From Laetmonice hystrix (lineage: Eukaryota), in contig OZ249436.1 of assembly GCA_965235115.1 (NCBI GenBank), forward strand, positions 8,682,001 through 8,742,000: a stretch of 60,000 nucleotides of DNA, read 5' to 3'. The position numbers and the translations under genes were made by a program. Numbering within the stretch: position 1 is the stretch's first letter; each line of letters opens with the position of its first letter. Positions 1-12,700 of this stretch are shown in pieces. The notes below the pieces were generated by a model that was not told where the DNA came from, searched no databases, and worked only from the letters and a program-made list of their open reading frames with translations.

Positions 1-87
1 GAATACCTTACGATCGAACGTGGGGTATATGACCTCCGTCTGACGTTCATCTGGCGCTCACTACCCAACAATCAACGATACCAACAC

Positions 88-267
88 CAGGCCCGTAATA
101 TCCATCAAATTATTGAGGGGGCTATTGAATTATTGAGGGGGCTCGACGAACAGATCCAAGGTTCTCACTGGTAAAGTAGGATAGTTATTAGGCAACACTG
201 CAAATATTTGGGGGGGGGGGGGCTTAAGCCCCCTAGCCCCCCCCCCCCCCCCCGAATTACGGCCCTG
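88..267. mobile_element. MITE, CAG termini, 5-bp TSD
   Basis: caggcccgtaat...attacggccctg flanked by aacac/aacac. Confidence 0.75.
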
Positions 268-1675
268 AACACACTCAACATTCTACAGCCATTATCCGAT
301 ACGGACCATCGTCATACACAGACGTATGGCTTGAAGCTTTGGTCTAAATCAATCCACCTCAACAGTTCTCGTGAAGACAGCACGACATAATATTTTCTTC
401 CAGCTTCTATACAAAAGCCTACGTTTGCCATGAACAAAATTCAATCGAACTACCGGTAACTTTAACATGGTTGGAAATATTACATCTGGCTCTAAATCAA
501 GAAAACATATATATTAAAACATCAAGTGTTCTAAAGGAGCTATTGCAGAGAGAGTACTGGCCTAATCATACGATGTTTACACCGTAGTAACCGTAATTTG
601 CTACTTATAGACCACACTTTTATTCATCAAACCCCTCTACAGCAGTTTAAACAGGGCAATAAGCCAACATTACTTGTTTCCTCAGCTGTATCTCTCACTC
701 CACTTGTCATGATGGAGAAAGTCTTTCTTGTTTTTTCTCCTGAAACACTTTTCACTTAACCCCACAACTGGTCCAAAGTCGAAAACAAGCTCGCTAATAT
801 TATTGTTAATTACGCATTCCTTCGACGAGGTATCATCTCAGTTTTTCAGGAATCACACTCGGTATCACGTATAGTGTATCAATTTGCCTGAAGATCCCGA
901 GGATGTCTTGAGTTGTCAACACTGGGTTAAAGTCACCAGCACTAGCTACCGTGTATCATTTACCTAAGGACCATATTACGTAAGCTTTACCTAAGCTCTA
1001 TATTTATTCCAAAGTTAGCATCTAGTTTAGTACTAAACGAGGAGTCTGGATGAGAACCTGGTCAGGAAGATTTGCTTAAGTTCCGTAGATTTAAAACCTT
1101 ACATGTACAATTAATACATGATTTTACATGTACATGACTGATCCTTTCAGAACATGAGGGCATCAGGGCCACACCTGACGTGTGCTACACAACTGAGTCA
1201 CTGTTCCTTGAAAGTTCATTCAGTGTGGGGGTCAATACTGCCGGTCTAGTTCTTGGAAAGAAACGTACAACAATTACTCCGATTTTTTTCCCATCAATGA
1301 CCTTTTGGACTGCCTGTACTCTCATGTAGAAGGACACATTCCAGGACGTTTCAAACTTAAGATATGTAGTCTAAATGATTCACCTGACCTGCTGTGACGA
1401 CCCCCTCCCCAACACCTCTAAACAAAAGTTTCTATCATGGCAGATCTTCAGAAGGTAATTCTATAATATTAGCCGAGCTACAGAGCCTTGACCAAAGAAC
1501 TGTGCAGATAACCTTTTATCGCCGTTTACGTCGGCAGCCATGCGTTTCAGACACCACTAATAGATCCCTATAGTTACGAATATGCCCAATGTGGATGTAT
1601 TAAACTGTTGATATCAAAGGTCCCTGCATATCGCTGAAAATTACTAGGTAGTCTACTGGCTATAGGACGCTTTAG

Positions 1676-2390
1676 CAGAGTTGGGTTTAAGGCAGCCTTA
1701 AACCTGTTTTAGGCACGGCACTTGCCCTAAACTGCCCTAAACTGCCTTAAAGTGGTTAAAACCGCCCTAAACTGCCTTAAACTGCCTTAAAACTATACCA
1801 ACCAAATATGTTCAGCCTTTCATTGTAGTAGACACATTACCAGAAAGCCACATTATAGGTTTTTAAAACTGTTCATGACTTTATTTAATAGTTTATTAAT
1901 ATTCAATAAATAAAATACATGTAGTAGAAAATAATGTAGTAGAAATGACATTCGAAAAAATATTTCTTTTATATACATGTATTGTTGGTGGCTTGGTGCA
2001 TTTTTATATTCCAGCTTGAAAAAAGTTCTGTAGTACACAATATAAGCTGTTGATTATTCAGCTTTCATACTAAGTCTAAGTTCACAGTAGACAGTAGGCG
2101 CCATTGCTTTTGAGTCAACAGTTACTGAGTCTATGTGCATTCAAGCTACTTAATTATCCATATAGGGATTTATAAATATTGTATTTGTTAGAATTTGGCA
2201 AATAGGTTTAAGACACTCATTACAAATTATAAGGCAATCATTTACAAATTATTAGTAATTATTTGTGCTAAAAATAGGTTTAAGGCATTTTGTATGCCTT
2301 AAACTGCCTTAAACCTGTTTTCGGCAGGGCGGTTTTTACCGGTAAAAACCACCTGGTAAAAACCACCCTGCCGTAAACTTGCCAACCCTG
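1676..2390. mobile_element. Non-autonomous hAT-type DNA transposon
   Basis: cagagttgg...ccaaccctg termini, 8-bp TSD cgctttag on both sides, subterminal ctgccttaaa and ggtaaaaacc repeats. Confidence 0.85.
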
Positions 2391-5300
2391 CGCTTTAGTG
2401 TTGGCATCGGAAAGAGACTGGGCACAGATATACCGGTAATTTGAATAACCTAATATTGATAGCAATGATGGGTCAATAGTTTGATTCATTAAGGCCCTGT
2501 TGAAAGCAGTCCTTTGCATGTGTAATTTTCCTGGTATGTGTTCTATTTGTTTGTCTCATCCCTAATTTGTTTTATCAGGCCAAAATCAACCATAAAATTG
2601 TACTACTGCAATTACCAAAACACGAAACTGCCCACATCCTGGTCAGGGAGTAAACAGATCCCTTAAAAACAGACTGACTTAGGACTTGCTTCCCATAGTA
2701 GGACTTCCTTCCTGTTGGCTGACTCGCACGACCTGATCTAAGAGAGATCTCCTTCGGAACAATGGGGGGGGGGGGGGGGGGGTTTCCAGCCACGGATTTG
2801 GTCTTGCCACCCCCAGCTGTGAATATCTTGCGTCACCTACGAAATGTAACAAGGAACTGGTGCCCTTCTGTTCAGTGGACGTAATGTACGTCAGAGTGTG
2901 AATCATAATAACCAGCGAAATCCTCTGCACACCCTAACGACTACTGCCGTGTACGTCATGAGCGCCTACACTGGGCCTTATACCCGGCTATGTACCAATA
3001 CAAAGGGTGCACCCGTATCAGGATCTTGCATTTTTGTGGTGATCTGAGCGGCCAGTTTGGTACTTTTGTAAAGTGCATAACCTTCACGTTCAAACGCTTC
3101 CGAACAGTTCGTAGGGATCAACAATGGGAAGGGGCACCTGACGCATACATTTCTAAAATAAGAAGTTATCCTTTTTCTTAACAATCGGTGAGAGAGGTTC
3201 ACACTCTCCCACTCCGGTACTTGACAATCCTTGTTAATCATCTCTGTCTAAAAGTGTTTCAGGTACATCAGTATATTGCACGTTTATTTTGTGAACAATT
3301 AAACCTTTGTAGAAAGATGTTTTCTTAAGCATGTAGTATTTTTTAAAGGATTACCACCTATTCCAACAGTTCTTTTTACCTCAAATGGAACTTTGTTGAA
3401 TTTGAGCACTGGTCACAGAGGATGGCCTCTACATGTGACTGGTGTGGAATTGATGGAACGGCCGTGCACGGTATGAGTGCGACATGTACCGGCTGCACAT
3501 AATGTGCATGCTTCCAAAAAGTTGTAATTAAGATGTGTTTAACTTTGTAAGAAACACCAAAGAATGCGCTGAAGGTTTTTCATTTACCTGTGAAGTGTAA
3601 GTAAAGAAATCGTGCGAAATACGTGGTAGCAAACCAAATACAGAACTGATAATACAGGACCCTGGACCGCATTCCGGCACTGCAATGCAATGAATATAAC
3701 AAGTCCCTGATAGGCTGTCTTCCTGACTGATAACCTCTTATTCACCGAGTGAGTGTGTGTCTCTAGTCTTGGTTTGGGCTGAGACAGATCTTGGCCAGTT
3801 CCTGAAATATGCTTCCTGTTCCAGGTTGCATGCTAAATTTTCAAACCCACTAACTCGGTGCTTCATTAATGTACCCACTATTGTTTAAATATAAAATCTT
3901 CGGTCCTGCGTATTTTATAGAAAGAGTTGGACTTTGATATTGTTCTTAGCCTCACTACCACGATACAATTCTCTTTTTAAAGTACCAGCACAAATCTACT
4001 GATGATATGCGAGTTAAACTCTTTTTGAATGACGCTTGCAGATCTATATATAAAAAAAAATGGTAATATTTCAGCAATATTTTCTTTTTCTTCTTCTATT
4101 TCTTCTTCTATTTCAATTAATGAAATCATATTTACAAGCACAAAATCCATGCAGTCTTCAAGGTTTTCTAGGGCCGTGCAAACTCTGTAATATTTAAATG
4201 ATATTAATTTTATTGGAGCACCAACATTGTCTTGATGTGCAGTCTCTGGTTGGTATTGTCAAACAATGCCTGATCGAGATGCCTCTCACGCCAGGGAAGC
4301 TAGCACGGTGACCCACGGTCACCTAGACTGGACAGGTAGGCCTACATCAAGCATAAATGACACAGCTAAGGTCATCAGAGAGAGAGAAAGTTTAGACCGA
4401 AATCGGTAGAAACGGTCACACTGAGTTCAACACGCCCTTTTATCCTTGCCCCCAAGCACCACACCCGTGTGTACATAGTAAACACAATGTTTTGAATTTC
4501 GGTTTTCACGGTTGTGCTGAAACTCTGCCAATACCATATGTTATGTACTGTATGAAGCATGGTGAGACCCTATACACATAGGTTGTGGACACAGTGTGTG
4601 TGTGGTTACTGAGTTCAGGCTCAATCAAACACATCTCATACGATAAACGCACTGCATACATATGCATGTAACCCATCAACTACTAAATGCCATCATGCAT
4701 ATCCGGAAAATCAGGGCAAAACTGGACCAGTGCAAGCCTCCAGACCCACAAATCATACACTAATGTGTCTGGCACCGTGGATGTTCCAGTACACTGGCCG
4801 GAGGCTACGGTAAATCTAGTATACCTAATGATCATGCCTGCACCCTCCCACTGGTGACTACCTGATGATGTGGCAGTGACTGTGGCCCAGGACCCCCTAC
4901 ACGACCACCAGCTTCACAGGTGGGGCTGGCTGGCCGGCTGGCTGGCTGGCTGGCTGGCTGGCCTGGGATGGAGCTCAGCCAGCCGGCCATTCACATGGAC
5001 TCGTATGGTCAGGACTGCAGCTGACACTATCACGTTGTCAATGATATCCTCATACTGTGCTGACTTGGTCGATATACCGACCATACTCCCATATTGATCA
5101 ATCCTATTCACTCCGGGATGCACACCACAATTCTGAGAAAACTTTCTGATATATTAAACTCTGGCAGTTGAGGTTGATCGAAGGAATGTTGACTTTAGAA
5201 CAAGCTGTCAACAAGCCTTTACTGTAACTTAACACCACTTAAAAGTAGTGTTTTAGATATTTTCTCCCTCGACTGATCACAAATTTCCCGACATTTTACT

Positions 5301-6182
5301 TTGCAAGGGACTCCAGGCTATTGAGTATTGTTGGTGTTTCTGTCACTTTGACTACAACACTACGATCACTACATGTATTAATATACCCGGAAACTTAGGA
5401 AACATCCTTCTGTGACCCATGGACCCATCCTAACAACCCCACCTCCCTTTCATCCTGTTTGTGGCTGATTCTACTTCCATTACATATTGATATTCTTCAA
5501 ATAACCCTACCCAGTAAAATCCACACGATAGGTATAGGTTTAGTGCACTTGTCACCTTACAATGACCAGTGTGACCCCCCCCCCCCCCTTTAACTTCCTT
5601 TAAAAACCACATTTGACCTTTTCCTAGTACAGAAAGTTCTGCTACACTATACCGTTAATGGTCTGTCATTCTGCGGGTACATTCATGACATTCTAGTAAG
5701 TATATTTGATTTACAGGTGAGGCTTCGAGTTACTGGGTGTTTTGCACTGCATGTTCGGGCTGTCTAGATCATCCTGCTTTAAAAGGAGATCGCCTCTGAG
5801 ATGAAGGATGAGTTCGATCGTTCAATATTTTCGCACAATCATGACATCTGGAGATATGCAATCGAGCCTAAAAAAATGGGTCTTATGGTTCAATGAAACA
5901 AGGAAGGGTGACACTTGCTATACCCATAACAATAAAGTCGTGAAGCGTACTGTGAAATAAGCCATGTCCTGTGCATGACATTATCCTAAGAACACTGGCC
6001 TGAATTTACAAATATAGACGTGTGTACTGCCGTCTGAATCGTAAAATTTACCCATTCATCCGAGAACTACCAAGCTAGTCAACCTTAACATTTGTCCACC
6101 CAGTTCGCCAACCTGTTACATTGACAGACAGAATGCGGCACACCTGGTGCCTTGTCCAGGTGGGAGTTAACACTCTGCATCC

Positions 6183-6770
6183 GACACCTCTCATTAACAA
6201 CAACACAGAAGTTCCCTACTCTACCGGCAGCCTGAATTTCTGACACCTCTCATTAACAACGACACAGAAGTTCCCTACTCTACCGGCAGCCTGAATTTCT
6301 GACACCTCTCATTAACAACAACACAGAAGTTCCCTACTCTACCGGCAGCCTGAATTTCTGACACCTCTCATTAACAACAACACAGTAAGTTCCCTACTCT
6401 ACTGGCAGCCTGAATTTCTGACACCTCTCATTAACAACAACACAGAAGTTCCCTACTCTACCGCAGCCTGAATTTCTGACACCTCTCATTAACAACAACA
6501 CAGAAGTTCCCTACTCTACCGGCAGCCTGAATTTCTGACACCTCTCATTAACAACAACACAGAAGTTCCCTACTCTACCGGCAGCCTGAATTTCTGACAC
6601 CTCTCATTAACAACAACACAGAAGTTCCCTACTCTACCGGCAGCCTGAATTTCTGACACCTCCCATTAACAACAACACAGAAGTTCCCTACTCTACCGGC
6701 AGCCTGAATTTCTGACACCTCTCATTAACAACAACACAGAAGTTCCCTACTCTACTGGCAGCCTGAATTC
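6183..6770. repeat. Minisatellite, 59-bp unit x10
   Basis: gacacctctcattaacaacaacacagaagttccctactctaccggcagcctgaatttct tandem copies. Confidence 0.95.
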
Positions 6771-7876
6771 TCCCCTTCGATAAACCATACTAACTGACTA
6801 ACGACTAAAAACTAAAAGCCAATGCGTTTGACTGACTTACAAGATTACTTATCTTTAAAATCTGGCAGCAAACGATAATCAGCTTTAAAACTATGAGTTA
6901 AAGTACTCAGTATCTGCCTAGTTTTCTACATTTTTAGCACGAAACACTAACAGTCAAAAAACCCTTTTCGAGATATAGGATTCTCTCCTTTTAAGGCTAT
7001 AAAACTGGGGAAACATTTACAATAGTCAAATAAGGAACCTTCTCTTTTCCCTCTATGCTGCTTAACTTTTGAAGGTGATTACTAACCAGTAACCGCTACT
7101 TGTGCTGAATGTGTCTAGGCACAGCGACTTTTCTTATCATTTATACTTCCTTCTACACATCATGGGCATTTGGCACATTATTCACTGATAACAATGCAAC
7201 AATGATATGTACATACATGGTACATACTGCTTAATGTGTTTGCCTGGGTCATCATCACACCTTTCTGATGTTACATTTTTGACTAAAAGACAATACCTTG
7301 CACAGAGTATCAAATCTTATAAAGTTTCTTTATAAATAATAGATGGCATAAAATTAAGTTATATACAAACAAGTACAAAAATAGGTCATTTAAAGTCTGA
7401 AGTTAGTCCTTTAGTCGTTAGCCAATTATAGACTCTATTATAAATCTAGAGCCACCTTCTGAAATATGTTTGGGCCACATCATCCTATCCTACATGTCTT
7501 CATGGCCCATTGCCTCATAATCATGTATGACATGTATGAACATAACCTTTAATCTGGGGAGCATGGGCAGACTAGCAGTTTTTTTCAACTTTTGTTTTTA
7601 TAAATAGAATTTAGATTCACTTGAGACATATTCCTCAGTTTTTGCACACCAGGTACATGTCACCATTTGCTTTTAATGGAGAAATCTGTGTAAGAAGACA
7701 TCAAGGGTGTGAATAAAATTCAAAATGTAAGTTTACTTTGTCTTACATTGTGGCAGGCGATTCAAGTGAAACCCTGTTGCTTTTGTTAAAATATCACAAG
7801 TGACATATGTCATATACTGCCAATATATCCCATAACCATGCCATACCCCAAGCCATCACTGCCATTATTATGGGAT

Positions 7877-8056
7877 CAGGGTTGTAGCCTGTGGGGGAGG
7901 GGGGGGGGGCAAGGGGGGATGTCCAGTTTGGGCGATTTTTTTATTTTTTTTTATAGAAGCCCCAACATTAACACTGTTATTGACACCTGGTAGGCCCCTA
8001 CTTGCTCAGGAGGCACTCTGCCCCTCCCCCAGTTTTTGGGCCAGGCTACTGTCCTG
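7877..8056. mobile_element. MITE, CAG termini, 5-bp TSD
   Basis: cagggttgtagcc...ggctactgtcctg flanked by gggat/gggat. Confidence 0.75.
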
Positions 8057-9019
8057 GGGATAAACCGGTACCATAAGCACCTCGTGTCAAAATTTCAACA
8101 TATACACTTGTCAACAAACAGTTGTTATCTATTTTAGACTGATACCGATACACTATTTAAAAACTATTTAAAGATTTAGCTCAGTTTCTGTCTAATATTT
8201 GTAGTGTGTTCACATCAGTTGGCGAGTGCAGTCACCAACTGTGGTGAACACTGTGATCTGCGATAGTTCCAGACAGCTGTCGCAAATCATCGCAAACATT
8301 AAACATGCTTAATATTGTCGCAAAGGATCAGGAATTGAGAATCTGCTGGCAAATTGTTGCCAAGTGCTTGCCGATTGGCACCAGGGCTGATCCACCAATA
8401 AGGTAACTTGGTGATAGAAATATCAGGATTGATGATTGCAACTCTGTCGCGAACCAAAATCGCCACCGGTGGATCATCAGGGCCTTTAGGCTTTACTTAC
8501 CCCTAGTACGGCTACAGTAATAGTACTAGTAGTAGTACTAGTAGGGAGGACTACTACCACATGCACTGGGCTACTGCCAGTACTAGGCCTACTACTAGGC
8601 TACTGGTCACTGTGGTAACTACATAACACAATTGAATGTCTGAATAGCACCAACTATTTAGTTAGGTACTCGCGAGGTGCTCCTGGCTACTCACGACTAT
8701 CGAGGGGCTAGCCGTGACTGTACAAGAACTACCACAACTATATCTGCTGTCTCGTCGACTTCATCAACAACAACACCACTCACAACAATTTCATCGTCAA
8801 GTTTTGACAGCAGCCGCTCAACACAAGCGCCACTCCCCACTGTGAGAACTGGCAAGCTTGCAGCATTCAGACACGCTTGAGACAGGTCCGCGGCTGTGCA
8901 TCACCTCGCTCACTCACCGTTTAATTTATTTATTAGTACAGAAACATTTAGAATTCTTCGAGGGTTTTCAAGTCTGACTAGGCCTAAGTCAGAGTGCTTA
9001 CTGAAACTGTTGTACTCAC

Positions 9020-9026
9020 CACACAT
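9020..9026 (-). CDS. Probable first coding exon (M-C-G) of a divergent gene; Ntn glutamine amidotransferase, GFPT/GFAT-like; remainder not found in window
   Basis: accaacATGTGTG|gtgagt: good Kozak context, MCG start and consensus donor; a 7-nt MCG first exon is the GFPT1/2 gene structure. Confidence 0.45.
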
Positions 9027-9673
9027 GTTGGTGCTTGAGACGGGACGGTCGGTTTCTCTTCTCCTCTGTTCTGTCAAGCCACTGGAGAGCTTCTGCCACG
9101 TAAGGTCGCCGCTCGCTTATTTATCGAGGACCGAAACGATCAGCTTCCGGGTCAGCGGCATAGATGGCGCTACGGTCGGTGCGTGCAGGACAACTCCACG
9201 GCACACAACGCTCTGTACCACACGTGTGAACGCACTCTGGCCCGAAGCGTTGATGAAGGAAATCTGTGTTTCTGCATCGCCCGAAATAAATCCGTAAAAT
9301 ATTCCGAAGGTTGCCAGAATGTTCAGAACGTTCCGAATGACGTGTCTGAAGAGGTCTCCGGTTAGCATAAACCATTCAGTTCATGTGGAAGTCGGTAGAT
9401 GGCGGTAGCATTATTGCTTGGTTCATTTATTTACCACCAGAGGGAGTTGGGACGGAAGTGGTTTCTCCGGTGTGATACCACACTGACCAACAACAACACC
9501 CGAGAAGGTGTGAGCGTCAGTGGCCAGGACTTTGATGTTCCTTGTTGTACCGGACCCAGGGAGGCACGAATGCAGGGACGGCCAGAGCTCTGTTTTTTAG
9601 GACTGGAAAGATCCAGATACACTTACATAACAAACTCCTCAAGCTGTACATCGCCTCAGGCCCACGTGACAAG
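9027..9673. promoter_or_regulatory. Putative bidirectional promoter / 5'UTRs between MCG exon and POLB
   Basis: CpG-rich relative to flanks; YY1-like AGATGGCG (~9162, ~9397), ETS-like CGGAAGTG (~9453), E-box CACGTGAC (9663). Confidence 0.5.
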
Positions 9674-9737
9674 ATGTCCAAACGAAAAGGACCAACTGAT
9701 GATAATCCGAATGGAGACTTTGTAGATTTTTTGATGG
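9674..9737 (+). CDS. POLB: POLB exon 1
   Basis: [21 protein letters not shown], donor GTTAGT. Confidence 0.93.
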
Positions 9738-12700
9738 GTTAGTTGGAAGGGCTGATTGTATTATCATGAATTGCCTCCAATTCTGTGTGTGTATCCTCTG
9801 TGTCAGAAATCATGTTAATTCTTGGTTTATATTATTTTTCAGAACTGGCAAACCATGAGAAGAATATTAATCGTCTGATGCACAAGTACAATGCGTACAG
9901 AAAGGCAGCAGGGGTGATTGCCAAAGAAACAAGACGGTTAAAAAGTGGAGATGAGGCTAAAAAACTGGTATGGCCTATCTATGGGATGGGACTTTCTCTT
10001 TACAAGCATAACATTTCTGTAATAATGCTCATGCAGATCTATACACAAATGATTTAACTATCTATTTAATTCAAATATATTACATAATATTTTGAGAGTT
10101 TAGGTTGAATGCTGTAGCTGGCAGTAAAAATGAAATCTACCATACCATGGATGGTATAGGCCTACAAGTACAAGTACATTGTACAAGTATTTTGATGTAA
10201 GTTTGTTAGGCCCCAGTCACAGTGTGTTGTGTGTTGACATTTTTCACAGTTTTTAAAGAGCATATGCACCCCCCCCCCCCCCCCCCCCAGCATACAGTTT
10301 GTACATTGTTGAAAATGTTGAACCGCCCGAACATAGTAAAGGGTGTTGATAATGCATAAGAATTTATATCTCTCCAAAAATAGAAAAGCAGTACATAAAT
10401 GGCCAATAGAAACTTGAGACTCCTCCAATAATTTAGCTAACATCTTTCCACTGTATAAGTGTATTGTTGCACTGGGCATTCATATATATTTTCAGCCAGG
10501 GGTTGGTGAAAAAATTGGAAAGAAAATTGATGAGTTTTTAGCCACAGGAACACTGCAAAAACTTGAAAAGGTGAGTAAATATACTGACTAGGTGAGTAAA
10601 TATACTGACTATCTTCATAGATAGTCCAAGTCAGAGATTTCTTATAACAGAATATTAGTGTTAAAGTCAGATGTTTCTAAACATATTGAAATATGAGAAG
10701 CACAACTTATAAACTCAGTCAAATGTCATCAAGTAGACCATTGTCCACATTACAACTGTTAACTTTGCATGTTTCCATTTTTTTACTTTGGAAGATTCGA
10801 GCTAGTGACTCAAACCAAGCTATAAATCTCCTGACACGGGTTAATGGAATTGGGTAAGTCAAGCACCTTTTAAGCATATTTAGAGAAAAACATTGTTCAG
10901 AAACCTAAAGTGCATAGAGGAATGGGCTAAATCTAGACAGAAACTTTTTTTTATCATAATGCACAATAGTATTGTGATGCAGGTAATAAAAGGCCTATGT
11001 ACACCACAGAAGTGTTTGAAAGGATGATATGAGTCCCTATTACCACATAATGCATAAAGCATTTAATATAGATAGATAATTTTTTCAAGACCAAAACAAT
11101 TCCTTTTGATATAAATAGTGATTTTAATTTCCAGTCCCGTAGCTGCACAGAAATTTGTCTCAGAAGGGATCATGACCATTGAAGGTATGTCTTTAATATC
11201 TGCTGCTTCAGAGATCTGTATGGCACAGTAAAGAACTCAGGATTCAACAGAAAGCTTATTTACTGTTGTTTTCCTGATGCGGAACATTTTTATGTATTAA
11301 AAAATTCATTTCAGATTTGAGAAAAAACAAGGACAAATTGACACACAGCCAACAGATTGGTGTCAAGTAAGTTGAAATGTTGGAACACTTGCCATTAAAA
11401 AAAGAATATTTAACAATGAAATCATTCATTGCAGTTGATTTGTTAAAAAGGAAACATTTGTCCTATGATTGTAAATAAACACGAGTATTGAAGTTAAATT
11501 GCAATGAAAGATGTTGTGAAGTGTATTTCTTTCCCTGCAGTGGAAACGTAAGACTAGTAGAAACAGTTTGTAGCTCCAGACTTCATTCCTTCTTTATAAA
11601 CCTATTTACAGATACTTTGAGGACTTTGAAAAAAGGATTCCAAGGAAGGAGATGTTGAAATTGAAGGTGAGATTTATACTGACAAGATTTACCGGTAACT
11701 TGAAATTTGATCCATGTGTATAATGGTTTTTGCCACAGGAAAGTTTGCTTTAGAAACTCGCAATAAAATTTTCTTTCCTATATTACCTAATATTCCTTCT
11801 TGAATGTTCCAGGCTATCATTGTACAGGAAATCAGAAAGCTGGACCCAGATTACACAGCAGAGGTTTGTGGAAGCTTTAGAAGAGGTATTTATGTTTGTA
11901 ATCTTGCACAGGTAATATCATAGATTCTTCTCAGAATCCATCTTTTATGCTTTTCCAGGATCAGGTTTCCTTCAGCCATGTCCACCCAGAAGGGTTTAAA
12001 TAAGTAAAATAGAAAATTCTTTGAGAAGATGTTCCATATGTGTAGTGTCCACCCAGAAGGGTTTAAATAAATTATATAGAAAAAACTTTTGGGTGAGATG
12101 TTCCATATACATGTATTTGAATTTTGAAATGACAGTTCACAGACATAAGATTTATAAAGTTATCAACCTGCTATGTTTCTCTGATTACCTGAAGGTGCCG
12201 ATACTAGTGAGGATATAGATATCTTGGTCACACATCCAAGCTTCACCTCAAAGTCTGAAAAGAAGGTGAGAAGCTCTCAATAACTCATCTTATGGAGCAT
12301 TTGATGTTACACCAAACAAGAAATGTGTGCAATATTGCTGAAGATAAATCCTGAGATCCTGATATGACTAATTATACATTGTAATTCAATAAATCCCACT
12401 GGAATTTGTGCCAGCCTCTGGTTTAGTTATAACATTGCAAACTTGAACTTGCTGACCCTTGTTCAGTGTGTATACTACATTTTGTCTGTTGAAGCCTGAA
12501 CTACTGAAAGCTGTTGTCAAGTGCCTCGAGGACATCAACTTTATCACAGATAACCTGTCTCTTGGAGATTCAAAGTATATGGTAATGTAGGCTTGGATCC
12601 TTCTCTGAATATCACACATAAATGTATCATAAATATGGTAATGTAGGCTTGGATCCTTCTCTGAATATCACACATAAATGTATCATAAATATGGTAATGT

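Noticed and set aside
2575..3700. Coding-like stretch (ORF 2978-3241 and neighbours), possible decayed pseudogene or retroelement
   Set aside because: Stops in all frames and no motif I can recognise; needs BLASTx.
4914..5123. ORF with PASQ repeats as exon of the divergent gene
   Set aside because: Repeat is a (GGCT)n microsatellite; no amidotransferase similarity or convincing splice sites.
8896..9725. Overlapping 80-130 aa ORFs near the POLB start
   Set aside because: Expected in GC-rich promoter/5'UTR DNA; no recognisable protein features apart from true POLB exon 1.
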